A DNA stretch of 63,115 bases, filler included. It is 17 parts of 17 records of this genome, joined end to end, with 100 filler letters (N's around TTAATTAATTAA, not from the genome) between each part and the next. Parts side by side here need not be neighbours in the genome. Positions count along the whole stretch, not along the records: positions 20,801 to 24,022 come from SRR15195285_15934; positions 24,123 to 27,396 come from SRR15195285_15943; positions 27,497 to 31,507 come from SRR15195285_15959; positions 31,608 to 36,019 come from SRR15195285_16081; 13 more parts are not named here. The stretch is one strand, 5' to 3'. This document shows, piece after piece, positions 21,271 to 31,692 of the stretch. How positions within the stretch are numbered: position 1 is the first letter of the stretch; every line of letters begins with the position of its first letter. Made by a program: the position numbers and the translations under genes. Below the pieces are notes generated by a model. That model did no database searches, was not told where the DNA came from, and saw nothing but the letters and a program-made list of their open reading frames with translations.

Positions 21271-23907
21271 CTAACTTGGGCAGCCAGGGCAGCCAGGGCA
21301 CCAGGTGCAGCTTTTGTAGCAGAGGCCGTGGCGATCGCAGGTGCTCGTGCTGTTCATCACGCACTCGCTAAACCACTCGAGGTCGTGGCTGCCATCCTCG
21401 TTAAGGTGGGATAGCCCGACGGCCTTGCCGGTTGTCACGAAGAACGACAGCGCGTCGGCCTTCGTCGGCTCCGCCGGCCACGGGAACTGAGCCCTGCGAG
21501 CAACGAGCAAAGTCTAAGTGCTAAGTAGAGCTCAGGAGAGAACACACTGGCACTGTCTGCAACCTTCAGTGTGTGCTCAGGCGGGCTACTCACGCTGTGG
21601 CGAAGGCCTCATACATGTCCCAGCACAACAGCAGTGGGTAGTACCTGCTCCACACAATACGTACAGCCACAATGGACATTAGCTCCCAGCTCCCAAAAAC
21701 ACTTCTGAGGCGGATTGCGCGGAATAGGTACACAGCCAGCTTCGCCACCTCGATCCGCTGGTGCGCTGCGCCATTCGTCACGGCCGAGGCACGCTTGAAG
21801 GCCTCCGCGCCGCTGAGGAGCGTCACGGGCGTCAGGAACTCTCTGCCCGAGCCGACGAAGCTCTCGCTCATGCTGCGAACCCGAACGAACATCATTGACA
21901 GGCTCAGTGGACGAAATAGCAGCACAATAGACACGCGCGATTGATTTGGCACAATGAGTTCAGTGCTCAGTCGAAGACCTGCGTTGACCCTTAGAGGCAA
22001 CGAGTTGACTCTACCTCAACACGATGCGATGAGGCATACTGTATAGTAGGGATGGATGCTTGTGAGCAGCTTACTAGTATCCTTTGTCGGCAATCGCCCC
22101 GTGCATGATGTCCATATACAGCCGCACGAACGGCGCCCCCTCCTCATAGTACGCCGCGAGGAACTCCGTGATCATCTCGCGGTCGTCCGCGCTCGGGTCC
22201 CACATCTGCTGCTGCGTGACGTATGCCTTCAGCGCGTCGAGGTCAGAGCCAGGGCCGTGGCCGTTGCCCTCTTCGAACATACCGGTCACGCCGTGGTCGA
22301 CGAAGGAACGGATGTTCGGCCTGCGAAAGACGCATCTATTTGTGAGTTTTCCCTATATTTGTCCCGAGCCTGTCTTGGAAAATGATCATTTTTAGTGTAA
22401 CATGGCGCAAAAGATGCGTTTTTCGCACCCGAGGACATAGTAGTTTGGAAAAGGCTGAACGAAGGCGCTGAAGTCTGTGATGTAGTTCCAAATGAAGGTG
22501 CGGTTAGAGATCGCCCTCCAGGCGTTCATGTCGGTGAGAAACTTCGCATTTGAGGGGTCGGTGAGCGGCGCCGCGAAATTGCATTCGATCGAGCAAAGGC
22601 GTACGACAACGTTGCTCCGCGGGGTCGTGATTTTGGGGGCTGGGCGCGTGTACCGATAGGCCAAGGTGTCGACAGCAACGTGCGGAAACTCCAGCTTGAT
22701 CGCGTCTGCAATCGTGTTAACAGCACGCAGCAGAGGCCCCATCGGGCTGCCCTCTGCATCCATTACCGCACGCTCGGCGGTGTCGTTACAGTACAGCCCG
22801 TTGTCGTTCTGGCTGACCGAGATGATCGTCGCGTTTGGCTGCGTCCGCAGAAAGCCCTTTACCTTCTTGGCGATGAAGCTCACTAGGCTGGCGTTGCTCC
22901 AGCACAACTGACCATACACCGTGCCGTCATTGCGGGGCCAAAACCACCTGCAGACGAGAAGATGAGTCAGCATGAGTCAGAATGACTCCAGCAGGGTGAG
23001 TTAGCAAGCAAGCGCACTCCGGATTCGCCTTGAAGAGTGCGGCGGGCGGCTGCTTGCCGCCGTTGGTCGCGGCCGTATCACCGAGCAGGCTGTAGCTCGT
23101 GTGCACGCCCCCCGGCGGGCTGGCATACTTCACACAACCGCCCGGCTTGTCCGTGTGATCGCAGTCGTTGTTGCCGTTCCGCACCTCCCAGAGCGTGTCG
23201 GCTGGCGCCGGGCCACCGTCGGTTTCGTAGCTCTCCAGCGTTCGAAACTCCATCTGAGGCCGGAACGTCACATCCACCGTCTTGCTCAGCGCTGCAGCAA
23301 GGCTGGTGGCGTTGGGCATCGTGGTTAAGTCGGGAGCGAAGAACCGAAAGCCCCACAGCCGGAGCAGCTGGTAAGCTGCGTAGATCGTCCCACGCTGCGA
23401 GCCTTCGCCGCCAGCGACAGCGATGAACCCCGGCTTGACGCCGCTTCGGCTGCTCGAGATCACAAAGCTCTCATTCCCAAGACCCATCAGCTGGTCGGCC
23501 GGCAGCCCACAGAAGCTCTCCGTCGCCGACCTGTAGCCGACCGCCAGGGTGGTGAGCCCGGGTCCGGTGGGGTTATAGCTCGTGATCGGGACGCTGCTCC
23601 CGGTGGCGTTTCCGATAAACCCGCTCAGCTCCTGCGCCGCCCACTGCTCGGCAGCGCTGCTCTGGCTATGGAGGTAGATGTTCACCTTTGGCGCCCTGTG
23701 GGCGGTGGACAGGAAGGTCAGTCAGCGCTGGTCCGTCCGCGCGCGGGGCTAGGCCCAGGCGCAGCAGGCAGGCCATGCAGCCAGGCAGCCAGGCAGCCAG
23801 CCAGCAGAAAGATGAGGGGGAGCGCACGTGAGTTCTGCGCCGTTGTTGAGGGGTACGGTGGCGGGTATCCCGGCGAGGAGGCAGGCCACGGCCGAGCGGA
23901 AGCGCAT
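21271..23907 (-). CDS. Secreted DUF4838-family protein (GH67-like N-terminal domain), 7 exons
   Basis: Signal peptide MRFRSAVACLLAG; AAQEL..FI..ATG, GTIYAAYQLLRLWGFRFFAPD, QLCWSN, ISVSQND, DTLAYRYT, RLCSIECNF, IWNYITDF...PFPN. Introns at 23696-23827, 22948-23017, 22321-22428, 21873-22074, 21645-21731 and 21494-21593 are all frame-consistent. Confidence 0.85.
22321..22428 (-). mobile_element. Introner-like element (MITE forming a spliceosomal intron)
   Basis: The intron G-TGCGAAAAACGCATCT...AGATGCGTCTTTCGCA-G has 15/16 terminal inverted repeats with a GG on both sides. Removal restores CTC GGG CCG (LGPNIR). Confidence 0.85.
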
Positions 23908-24154
23908 CGTGGTACCTTCAGTTGCGGCACCGGCGCGCGCGCGAGCGCACGCACGCCGCCGCGCGGCCGCGGCGGCGCCGCGCTCGCTGCACCAGCCTGC
24001 GCCAAACGCGTCGATCAGACTGNNNNNNNNNNNNNNNNNNNNNNNNNNNNNNNNNNNNNNNNNNNNTTAATTAATTAANNNNNNNNNNNNNNNNNNNNNN
24101 NNNNNNNNNNNNNNNNNNNNNNTCAACCTGCACACTTCACTGCTTTGCTTACAG

Positions 24155-25071
24155 GTAATTGGTGCATCCAAGGCCCAGTAGTAGATTTTCGCCACTCTAC
24201 CGACAAAGGTGAGACATGGACGGAGGAGCGTGTGAACGCGACTGGACCTTCCGACAACCTCTTCGGCGAGACAGCCGCTCACAACTCCAAGGTCAAGTTC
24301 GGTGCCCGTGAGACTGCAGCACCCCCCACGACGAGACCCCTTCTAGCCTTGTATGATTCATGTGCAGGCCTTGTGACTGGGTAACACAATGACCTGTCTG
24401 CTCGTTCAGCGCACTGGGTCGACTTCGGACAAGAACTCGAGCATAGCCCAGATGGAAAAGCTTACTTGGTTGGACACGGCGCGGACTCACCTGAGGCCAT
24501 CCAGGCGTGGATGCTCGGCGACCAGGTATACATGGCACGTGTAACGCCAACTATCGACAACATCAAAGACAAGAGCAAGTGGGAGTTCTATGCAGGTGGC
24601 CACGGCGCAAGTGCGAAATGGGTGGCCGGCGATATCAGCCAGGCCAAGCCTCTAGTTGAATGGCAGAACCATACGGGAGTCGTGACCATGACCTACTTCG
24701 CACCCATTAAGAAGTACGTCCTGTCGATATCTACGGCCACGATATACCCAATGATGACGCACCAGTTCGACACCTACTTTCTGGAGAGTGACAGCATCAC
24801 TGGTCCCTGGAACTACGTCACCTATATGTCAGAGTTCGGCCCGGAAGCATACTTCGTCAACCATCCTTCCAAGTTCAGCGCCGCCAAGGCTGACACAGCG
24901 AATAAGACATATGACGCTTTCTTGATGTACTCGGCCAACTTCGCCTTCCACGACAAGAACATCAAGCCGCCGAACAGTGCGTATCACATGAACTTGCAAC
25001 AAGCCCGGTTTCCGCTTTCGGATGCTTTCGCGGCCAAGCTTGAGGCCATGTATGCTGCTGAGGACGCGTGA
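24155..25071 (+). CDS. DUF4185-like / beta-propeller hydrolase-like protein, 5'-truncated (intron 24308-24409)
   Basis: Spliced product ...FRHSTDKGETW...KVKFGAPHWVDFGQELEHSPDGKAYLVGHG...DQVYMARV...WEFYAG...ESDSITGPW...FGPEAYF, with a BNR-like SxDxGxTW motif. Family call is from recognition only. Confidence 0.65.
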
Positions 25072-25389
25072 AGCAGTGGTGCTCTGGGTCTGTCATCTGT
25101 GCAAATTGATGCGGCCTACCCCGGTGCCTGCTGCTGGCGACGGGACTACCGTAGTAGATCTAGTATACTAGTACGTACGTCGAGTACGCGTACAAGCGCG
25201 CGCCCGGCTATGTGGTACTCGTACAGTGCCCAGATTGAGGGTATGGGAGGTATAGTTTGAGGTGGGGCGTTTTTGGCCGGTTTAACGACGGGATGTTTCA
25301 TGGGTGCGGGTTTGGGTTTCCGGTCTTACCCCTCTAAAGGCTCTAACGGTTTTACATGATGGTACACACCCCTTCGTCCTCCCCTGCAG

Positions 25390-27396
25390 TTAAGACGACA
25401 CAGCAGCCATAGCAGCAGCGTCGGCAGCTTCCTCGTGTACTACCCCAAGCCTACCACCTTCGAGATATTGCTTGCCATTGACCTCGATGGTAGGCGACAG
25501 GCATCGCAAGTGCACCCGGCGGTCCGCGCCCTCAGGTGGTGCCCAATTGTCCATTATCCCACGAAGCCGCAACTCTTCCTCCAGATCCGCGATGCGTGCA
25601 ATCGATCCGACCGTCACCATCCCTGTATACTTTGGTGGAAGTTTTTGCAGCGCTTCGTGACACCCTAGTTGCGGGCAAAAATTGGGCTTACTTACCAAAT
25701 TTTGCCCGCAACTAGGGTGTCACAAAGCGTTGGCACGAAAGTGGCTCCGTCAAACTTCTACCATCAGTCAAACTGCCGTTGTTCTGACACGTCAGTACAA
25801 TTCGAGAGGCATATTGACTTTCTCTCGAAAAATTGATTTCGTGTGATGCCTGTGGCAGTTTGAAAAGAGGGGCATTTCTCGGGTGCCAACCCGTTTAGCA
25901 TCTAAGACGGGAACCGACCTGCCGATTGTGGACTATCTGTGAGAAATCCGGTCAGCAGTGGCGTGCCAGCTAACAACACGAGCGCATGCCGCATTGCATT
26001 GTGATAATTACGTTTGGCGCCCTGCAATCTTGCTCGAGTGTTTTTCCAAGATTTTTCCCTTTTCCACGTGGGCTGCTAGTTTAGCTATGTCTGTGCTTTC
26101 TTTCGTATCGCCTGACATCGTTGCGTCAAGCTCTATTCGCTTCGCCATCTGCGTCCGAAAGCCTCCCGCCTAGAATTACACAGGAAACCTAAGAGCTTGC
26201 CATCAAGACGAGACAGCGGTTGCAAAGTGTTGCTCCTCTCCTTGTGCTCAGGGTCACTTACCTTGCGGGAATTCGCTGTAGTGTATGAGCCGGACTCCCT
26301 GAGCTGCACTTGCGCTACAGCCATTTTCGTCGGGTCACCTGAAGTCAAAGCTGGCGCTAATGCACCGATGGCTTTGGATACTTTGCTTGGAATATTCTCA
26401 AGATCTAGACGGGAACGCCATTGCAAGACGTCAGGCGTGGCCATGAGACACACTGTCACGACTTGCCATTGGTGTGGTAACGTGGAACGCACATATGTAG
26501 CGGTGGATGTAAAGCAGCTGGCAGTCTGTATGTGTCACCATCGTGTATCGATACGGCGACCCCGTCAGCACCTCAGCTTCACCCACCATGGAGCCCGCCC
26601 ACGCCATTTGAAATGTCGACTGTCGCACACTGTTTTTGTCCGCCACGAGCCCCTACACGTACAGTGCACGAGAGTGATGAAATTCACCGCATGCAGTACG
26701 TTAGCAGACACCGCACCTTGAGCTGGCCCTGCAACACCAGTACAACGTATTCTGGATGAGCCCCATCCATGAAAATCACTTCCCCACGTTTCGTCCATCG
26801 CTCACGCCCGAAAAGAGCCAGCTTGGCCAAACAGTCCTCCTCCACACTTGCGTACTGCCCAACGGCACATAGCTGATCGAGCAGCTTGAGTGTTGATCTT
26901 TCAATACATCTGTGGAACAGCTGGACGTCGGCTCTCGAGCTGATCTGGAGCAGCTCACATCGGCCCACAGCCCGGATGGTCGCTTGCGCGATGCCATCTT
27001 TCGACATGAAGGAATGTAGCGGATCGGAATCGACGTTGGCTGACATTGGTGAGATCATCCCAATTGCCTCAAATTCACCAAAGTATTCGCCTGGTGTGTA
27101 CGTCAGTACGGAAAGCACTTGTTCCTCGCCACTTGGGCTGAGTGCGTCGGCTTGCTTCTGTACAGATATCGGGTCAGAAGGGTGCGATTTATGTCGAGGC
27201 GAATGTGGCTTCCGCGCTGATGGTCCACCGTGTCCGCATGCACCCTGGCCACCACCACGAGTTCGTCTCGGTGTTTGCCCTGTTCGTTGTGATCTTCCTG
27301 TCTCCTTTCCTCTAGTTGAGATCCTCTGTGGCCCATTTCGAGTGGAGCCGTATGGGCTGCTTGCCATGAGCGTTGATGCAATTGATCTGGTATGTG
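25390..27396 (-). CDS. Cyclic-nucleotide-binding domain protein, multi-exon, 5'-truncated
   Basis: Two cNMP-binding domains: PGEYFGE...ATIRAVGRCELLQIS and RGEVIFMDG...VLQGQLK/AGSMVGEAEVL...YTMVTHTDCQLLYI. The 3' exon structure is tentative and is interrupted by the palindrome at 25657-25723. Confidence 0.7.
25657..25723. mobile_element. TGACA...TGTCA palindrome family, long copy D, within the putative last exon
   Basis: 29-bp arms GTGACACCCTAGTTGCGGGCAAAAATTGG / CCAAATTTTGCCCGCAACTAGGGTGTCAC (28/29) with a 9-nt loop. Termini are shared with copies A-C. Confidence 0.75.
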
Positions 27397-28609
27397 NNNN
27401 NNNNNNNNNNNNNNNNNNNNNNNNNNNNNNNNNNNNNNNNTTAATTAATTAANNNNNNNNNNNNNNNNNNNNNNNNNNNNNNNNNNNNNNNNNNNNTTTC
27501 ACTCCGCGGAGTGTTGAATTCTGACTCAGCCTGTGATTCTCTGTCCAGTCCGGCACCGGCGGCGGGATCGGGGAAGCATGCGGTCAGAACCAGCAGTGTA
27601 TTGGAATTCCCTGTAATTATGAGATAAAATGAGCGCCGGTTCATGAACTAAAAATGATTTTCAGATCCAGCACTCGATCTACCGGTACTGTGTACACCGG
27701 TCGGTGTGAGTGGCTGTGGTTGCTCGTCAGTGCTGTTCGTGAGGAACCTGCAGCTGCGCTGAGAAATTCAACTCGAATTCCTCGCCGCTCGTGGACCCCG
27801 TTTTCGTCGAGGAATTCGCTGAGCTCAAGTTGGAACTTGCTCGGCCGCATGGGTACTATAGTATATATTATATACATTGGAAGAATGCGGATTACCGGTA
27901 CATCTACCTGTACCTCTCCACGTCTGAATCTGCTCCCAGACCAGCTCCCTGCCTGTACTGTACTCAAGTACCGGGATTATACTGCAGATCGCAAATGGTG
28001 AGGATCATCCCGGAACCACTCCTGACGTCCTGAGCAAGAGAATTCCGCACAACACTGTTTCCTCAATTGAGACTCTCGAGATCAATCAATTGCTCAAATG
28101 TTGCAAGTATTCGCCGATCTGCGTGGGCGGGGAATTCCTTACTCCTACCGTACCGCTTCTGGACGCCGCGTTCTCCTTGCAGCAAATGTGAGTGAAGCGC
28201 TCATGAAAAGGAGCTCACGTAAGGATGGCATTACTAGTATGCTACTAAGTACTATAAATAGTAGTAAGAACTGCTGAAAAATTGGCTCGGGTTCCGCTCC
28301 GCGCGCGCGGCGAGCGCGTCCACAACACATGATCCACAAAATGAATCATGCGAAATCACGAACGATCTGGGCGAGCTCAGCGCACGCCCGACCACGCAAC
28401 CCGACGAACGAACGAACCTGGGGAGCGACGCAGCGCTGTACAGTAGCAGCCTAGCAGGCAGGCAGGCAGCTTTCGCAGCAGTGGGAGTGGCGAGATGTCG
28501 CTGCTCGGTGCGGACTGCTGAGTGAGTGCGTGCTGTGGACAAGCGGAGAAGAGAGAGCGTGTGGTGTACGGCGCTTACGACTTGAGTTGTCGGCGTGAGA
28601 GCGACGAAC

Positions 28610-29578
28610 ATGCCGAGTTCATCGCGACGGAGCGACGAGCCGCCGCTGAGCCACGAGCAGTCACAGCTTGCCGGAACCATTTTGAAGAAAAAGTTCGACC
28701 CCGCCTTAGGCAGCGACCAGCTCAAACGTGAGACGAAGTTCATGCTCGTCGAGCTCGTCAACTCGGCGTTCGAGGAGCAAGGTTATCCCAAGAGGTACTC
28801 GTTAACCAAGCTCGACTGCTGGACAAGCAACGCACTGTACCGATGGCGCTGCAACCAGAAACAGCGGCGACCCTTAAGCTGGCAACCGAAGAGTGTCGTT
28901 GCGGCAGCGAAGAAGACCGTGGCCAAGCCGGCCCGTCGTGATGAACCTGTCCCTCCTACAGCCGGAGACGCAACCGCCGACCTACAGAAGAAGGACAGCA
29001 CTCGTGCTGCCTGCAACCACACGCCGCCCAAATCTTCAGGGGAACCACACGCCAGGCTATCACCAGTGTTTGACACTGCGCCTGGCGCCCGCTACAATGC
29101 GGTGGCATCGCTGGATGCACCGGTTGAGCACACCAGTACGCGGGATGGTGTCATGGCAGCGAGCTCAGGTCTGCAACTTCATGGCGGCACTACCTACAGC
29201 CCGTTCTCTGCTCAGGCCGAGGGAGGGACCGCCTGGCTGCCGCTGCCCGAGTATGTGCCACCCCAGCCGCGGCAACCAGTCGGTGACGTAGGCCTAACTT
29301 CGGTGGTCGGCACCGACTTTATCCACACCGAGACTTTCGGCGGCAGCACGTCACCTGTAACGACCGATGCCGAAGGCAGCCAGTATTGGTACGAGAACGA
29401 GCCGAGCGAGACGATGAGTGTGGATCAACAGACTGCGACGGCCTCGGGCACGAATCGGTCGCACGTCTTCCGTGGTTCCCTGTCGGACCACTCTGGCTGC
29501 GTAATCATTGACGAGCCCGTGCTGCATCCACCGGCTTCGATTAATGAGTCCAGCGACTGGGAATGGTCGCAAATCTAA
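28610..29578 (+). CDS. Hypothetical protein with a possible divergent homeodomain-like N-terminus and low-complexity tail
   Basis: 322-aa ORF; LSHEQSQL...YSLTKLDCWTSNALYRWR resembles homeodomain helices 1 and 3, followed by a Ser/Pro/Thr-rich acidic tail. Confidence 0.55.
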   Translation: MPSSSRRSDEPPLSHEQSQLAGTILKKKFDPALGSDQLKRETKFMLVELVNSAFEEQGYPKRYSLTKLDCWTSNALYRWRCNQKQRRPLSWQPKSVVAAAKKTVAKPARRDEPVPPTAGDATADLQKKDSTRAACNHTPPKSSGEPHARLSPVFDTAPGARYNAVASLDAPVEHTSTRDGVMAASSGLQLHGGTTYSPFSAQAEGGTAWLPLPEYVPPQPRQPVGDVGLTSVVGTDFIHTETFGGSTSPVTTDAEGSQYWYENEPSETMSVDQQTATASGTNRSHVFRGSLSDHSGCVIIDEPVLHPPASINESSDWEWSQI

Positions 29579-29934
29579 ACCATGGATTCGCGCTTGATCT
29601 CCCGGCACCACGGAGGGCTGCCGCGGATGGGCAAGCAAAGCAAGTACTGCGAGCGATAAAGTCTCTTGCCGATAATGACGTTAATATGGCTTTCAAGCCT
29701 CTATATTTGTGCAATAATGCAGTTTGATTGATACAGCGTGATGACCACAAAGACAGCGCATGTCGGGACAGACGACAGGCGACTCCGCCCGCGGTTGATC
29801 AGTCAGGAGTTTCCTGTGTCGTAGAGTCGGATAGACGCTTCCCGCGCTTTGACGTTGCGCTTTGCAGACGGCCATCGAATGCCCGAGAAGTGGGTTGCCT
29901 GCCAGGAGCGACAACCTGGTCGGGCACTCGCCGG

Positions 29935-30924
29935 TCACCGGCGAGTGCCCCACCTGGAAGCTGAGGTCAAGTCTTGGGAGTCCGTGAACACAAAGTGCAG
30001 CATCAGCGCCGTGCATGCAACAAACAACGCCAGTGCCCCTAAAATCAACGGCGGGAGCAACAGCCGGCGCCACAACGTCCCCGCCGACAGCTTAACATCC
30101 GCCAGTAAGCAGTGGCTCCACCAGCTGTACGCCATTACTGGGGCAGTGAGCCAGAAGTTCAGCTCGCCCTTCCCAAGCGGGTAAGCCCAGAGCCCACTGC
30201 GCCGATAGCTGAGAACGGTGTACGCCAGCAGTGCGCAGATAGTCCCAACGACCAGCCGACGCGATGCCTGCTGTCGCGTGACGTCAGGAACTGCGCCGTC
30301 CGGCACTTCGCGGAGAACTGCCTCAACGAAAACAAGCACCGCCGGCCCGAAGTTCGTCACGAGCAGATGGACCCACGGCGCCACACGCCACCAGGCGACC
30401 GGCGCACCAGTGGGTGGCAGCGGGCACACCCAGCTAGCGGTGATGTCAAAGTCTGAGACAACGACGGTCAGCAGCACGAAAATCAGCAACAGCGCAGCGA
30501 AGGTCGAGGTGCCGAAACACACTGGCCACCCGATCTCGAGCAGCGGCTGGAGCTGTCCCGCGAGTGGGGAGTCTGGCGCCCAGCTCTGAAACGTTTTGCC
30601 GCCCCAGTACGCTGCAGAGAAGACCAGCGCCCAGCTCGAGAGCAGCGCCCACCTCCCGCCGACTGCAGCCAAGGGATCCGCGGTCGGTCCGCATGTTTTG
30701 AAAGCCAGAGCACAGGCCCAGCTCACCGCGCCTGCCGATGCGGCGTGCCTCACGCGCTGAGTACGCTCGGCGCTGTCCAGCTCATCCCAGCCTATATCGT
30801 CGCCATCCGCTCCCTCGCTCGGCAGCACCAGCTTGCCCTCGGCGGTGCGCCGCCACGCCGGCGAGCGCGAGCGGGGCGGGCGCCGAGCGACCTTCTGCTG
30901 CTGCCTTTGCGGCGCTGCGTCCAT
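29935..30924 (-). CDS. Multipass membrane protein (possibly FAR-17a/AIG1-like)
   Basis: 329 aa with about 7 TM segments; WVHLL...P..L..VE and GLWAYPL resemble AIG1/ADTRP features. Confidence 0.55.
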   Translation of the reverse strand: MDAAPQRQQQKVARRPPRSRSPAWRRTAEGKLVLPSEGADGDDIGWDELDSAERTQRVRHAASAGAVSWACALAFKTCGPTADPLAAVGGRWALLSSWALVFSAAYWGGKTFQSWAPDSPLAGQLQPLLEIGWPVCFGTSTFAALLLIFVLLTVVVSDFDITASWVCPLPPTGAPVAWWRVAPWVHLLVTNFGPAVLVFVEAVLREVPDGAVPDVTRQQASRRLVVGTICALLAYTVLSYRRSGLWAYPLGKGELNFWLTAPVMAYSWWSHCLLADVKLSAGTLWRRLLLPPLILGALALFVACTALMLHFVFTDSQDLTSASRWGTRR

Positions 30925-30975
30925 CTGTTCAGCCAGCCACTACAAGCCTGCCCCCCCCGATACGGCCTTCCCCCG

Positions 30976-31015
30976 CAGCAGCAGCCAGCAGCAGCAGCAG
31001 CAGGCAGCCAGCAGC
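30976..31015. repeat. Imperfect (CAG)n microsatellite
   Basis: gcagcagcagccagcagcagcagcagcaggcagccagcagc just upstream of the ATG at 30924. Confidence 0.7.
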
Positions 31016-31692
31016 CTAAGCGTCGAGAGGCTGCTCGCCAGCGCGCTGTTGCCCTGGATGCGTCCGTCACTGCTTGCTTCTGCAGCGCGCCGCCGGCCGG
31101 TGATACGATTCCCGATTCGCGCATTCGCGCATTCAATCGATTCCCGGAATCAAGGGGATTCTGTTGCATCATGCTCATGGGTCCCGGGTCACTGCTCACT
31201 CCCGGCCGATCGCCACCCAATTGACTGGCGAACTATACCCGCCGCTAAGCTGCCACTACGTATACCGACCATCTGGTCGATCGAGTACCACGTCCGAGGG
31301 CTTTGAGCGTGCGGGCACACTGCAACATCATCAAGTGTCGATGCTGTGCAGCAGTCAATTTGAGGTTTGCCTCGCAGCGCAGCGCCAAGCCACCCCGCCG
31401 CCCAGGATGCATGAAAAACACACTAAAAATCCTCGTGGGCGTGCGCTAGCGAAGATGCGATCGAGCTACGCACGAATGCCAGGTGTGAATGAACCAACAC
31501 AAAACGCNNNNNNNNNNNNNNNNNNNNNNNNNNNNNNNNNNNNNNNNNNNNTTAATTAATTAANNNNNNNNNNNNNNNNNNNNNNNNNNNNNNNNNNNNN
31601 NNNNNNNTTTTACGTTCACGTACAGGGGCGCAACCTAGGTACTGGTATAGAATCCTAGCTACCGGTAGGGGCTACTGTATTCGGCGGGGACC

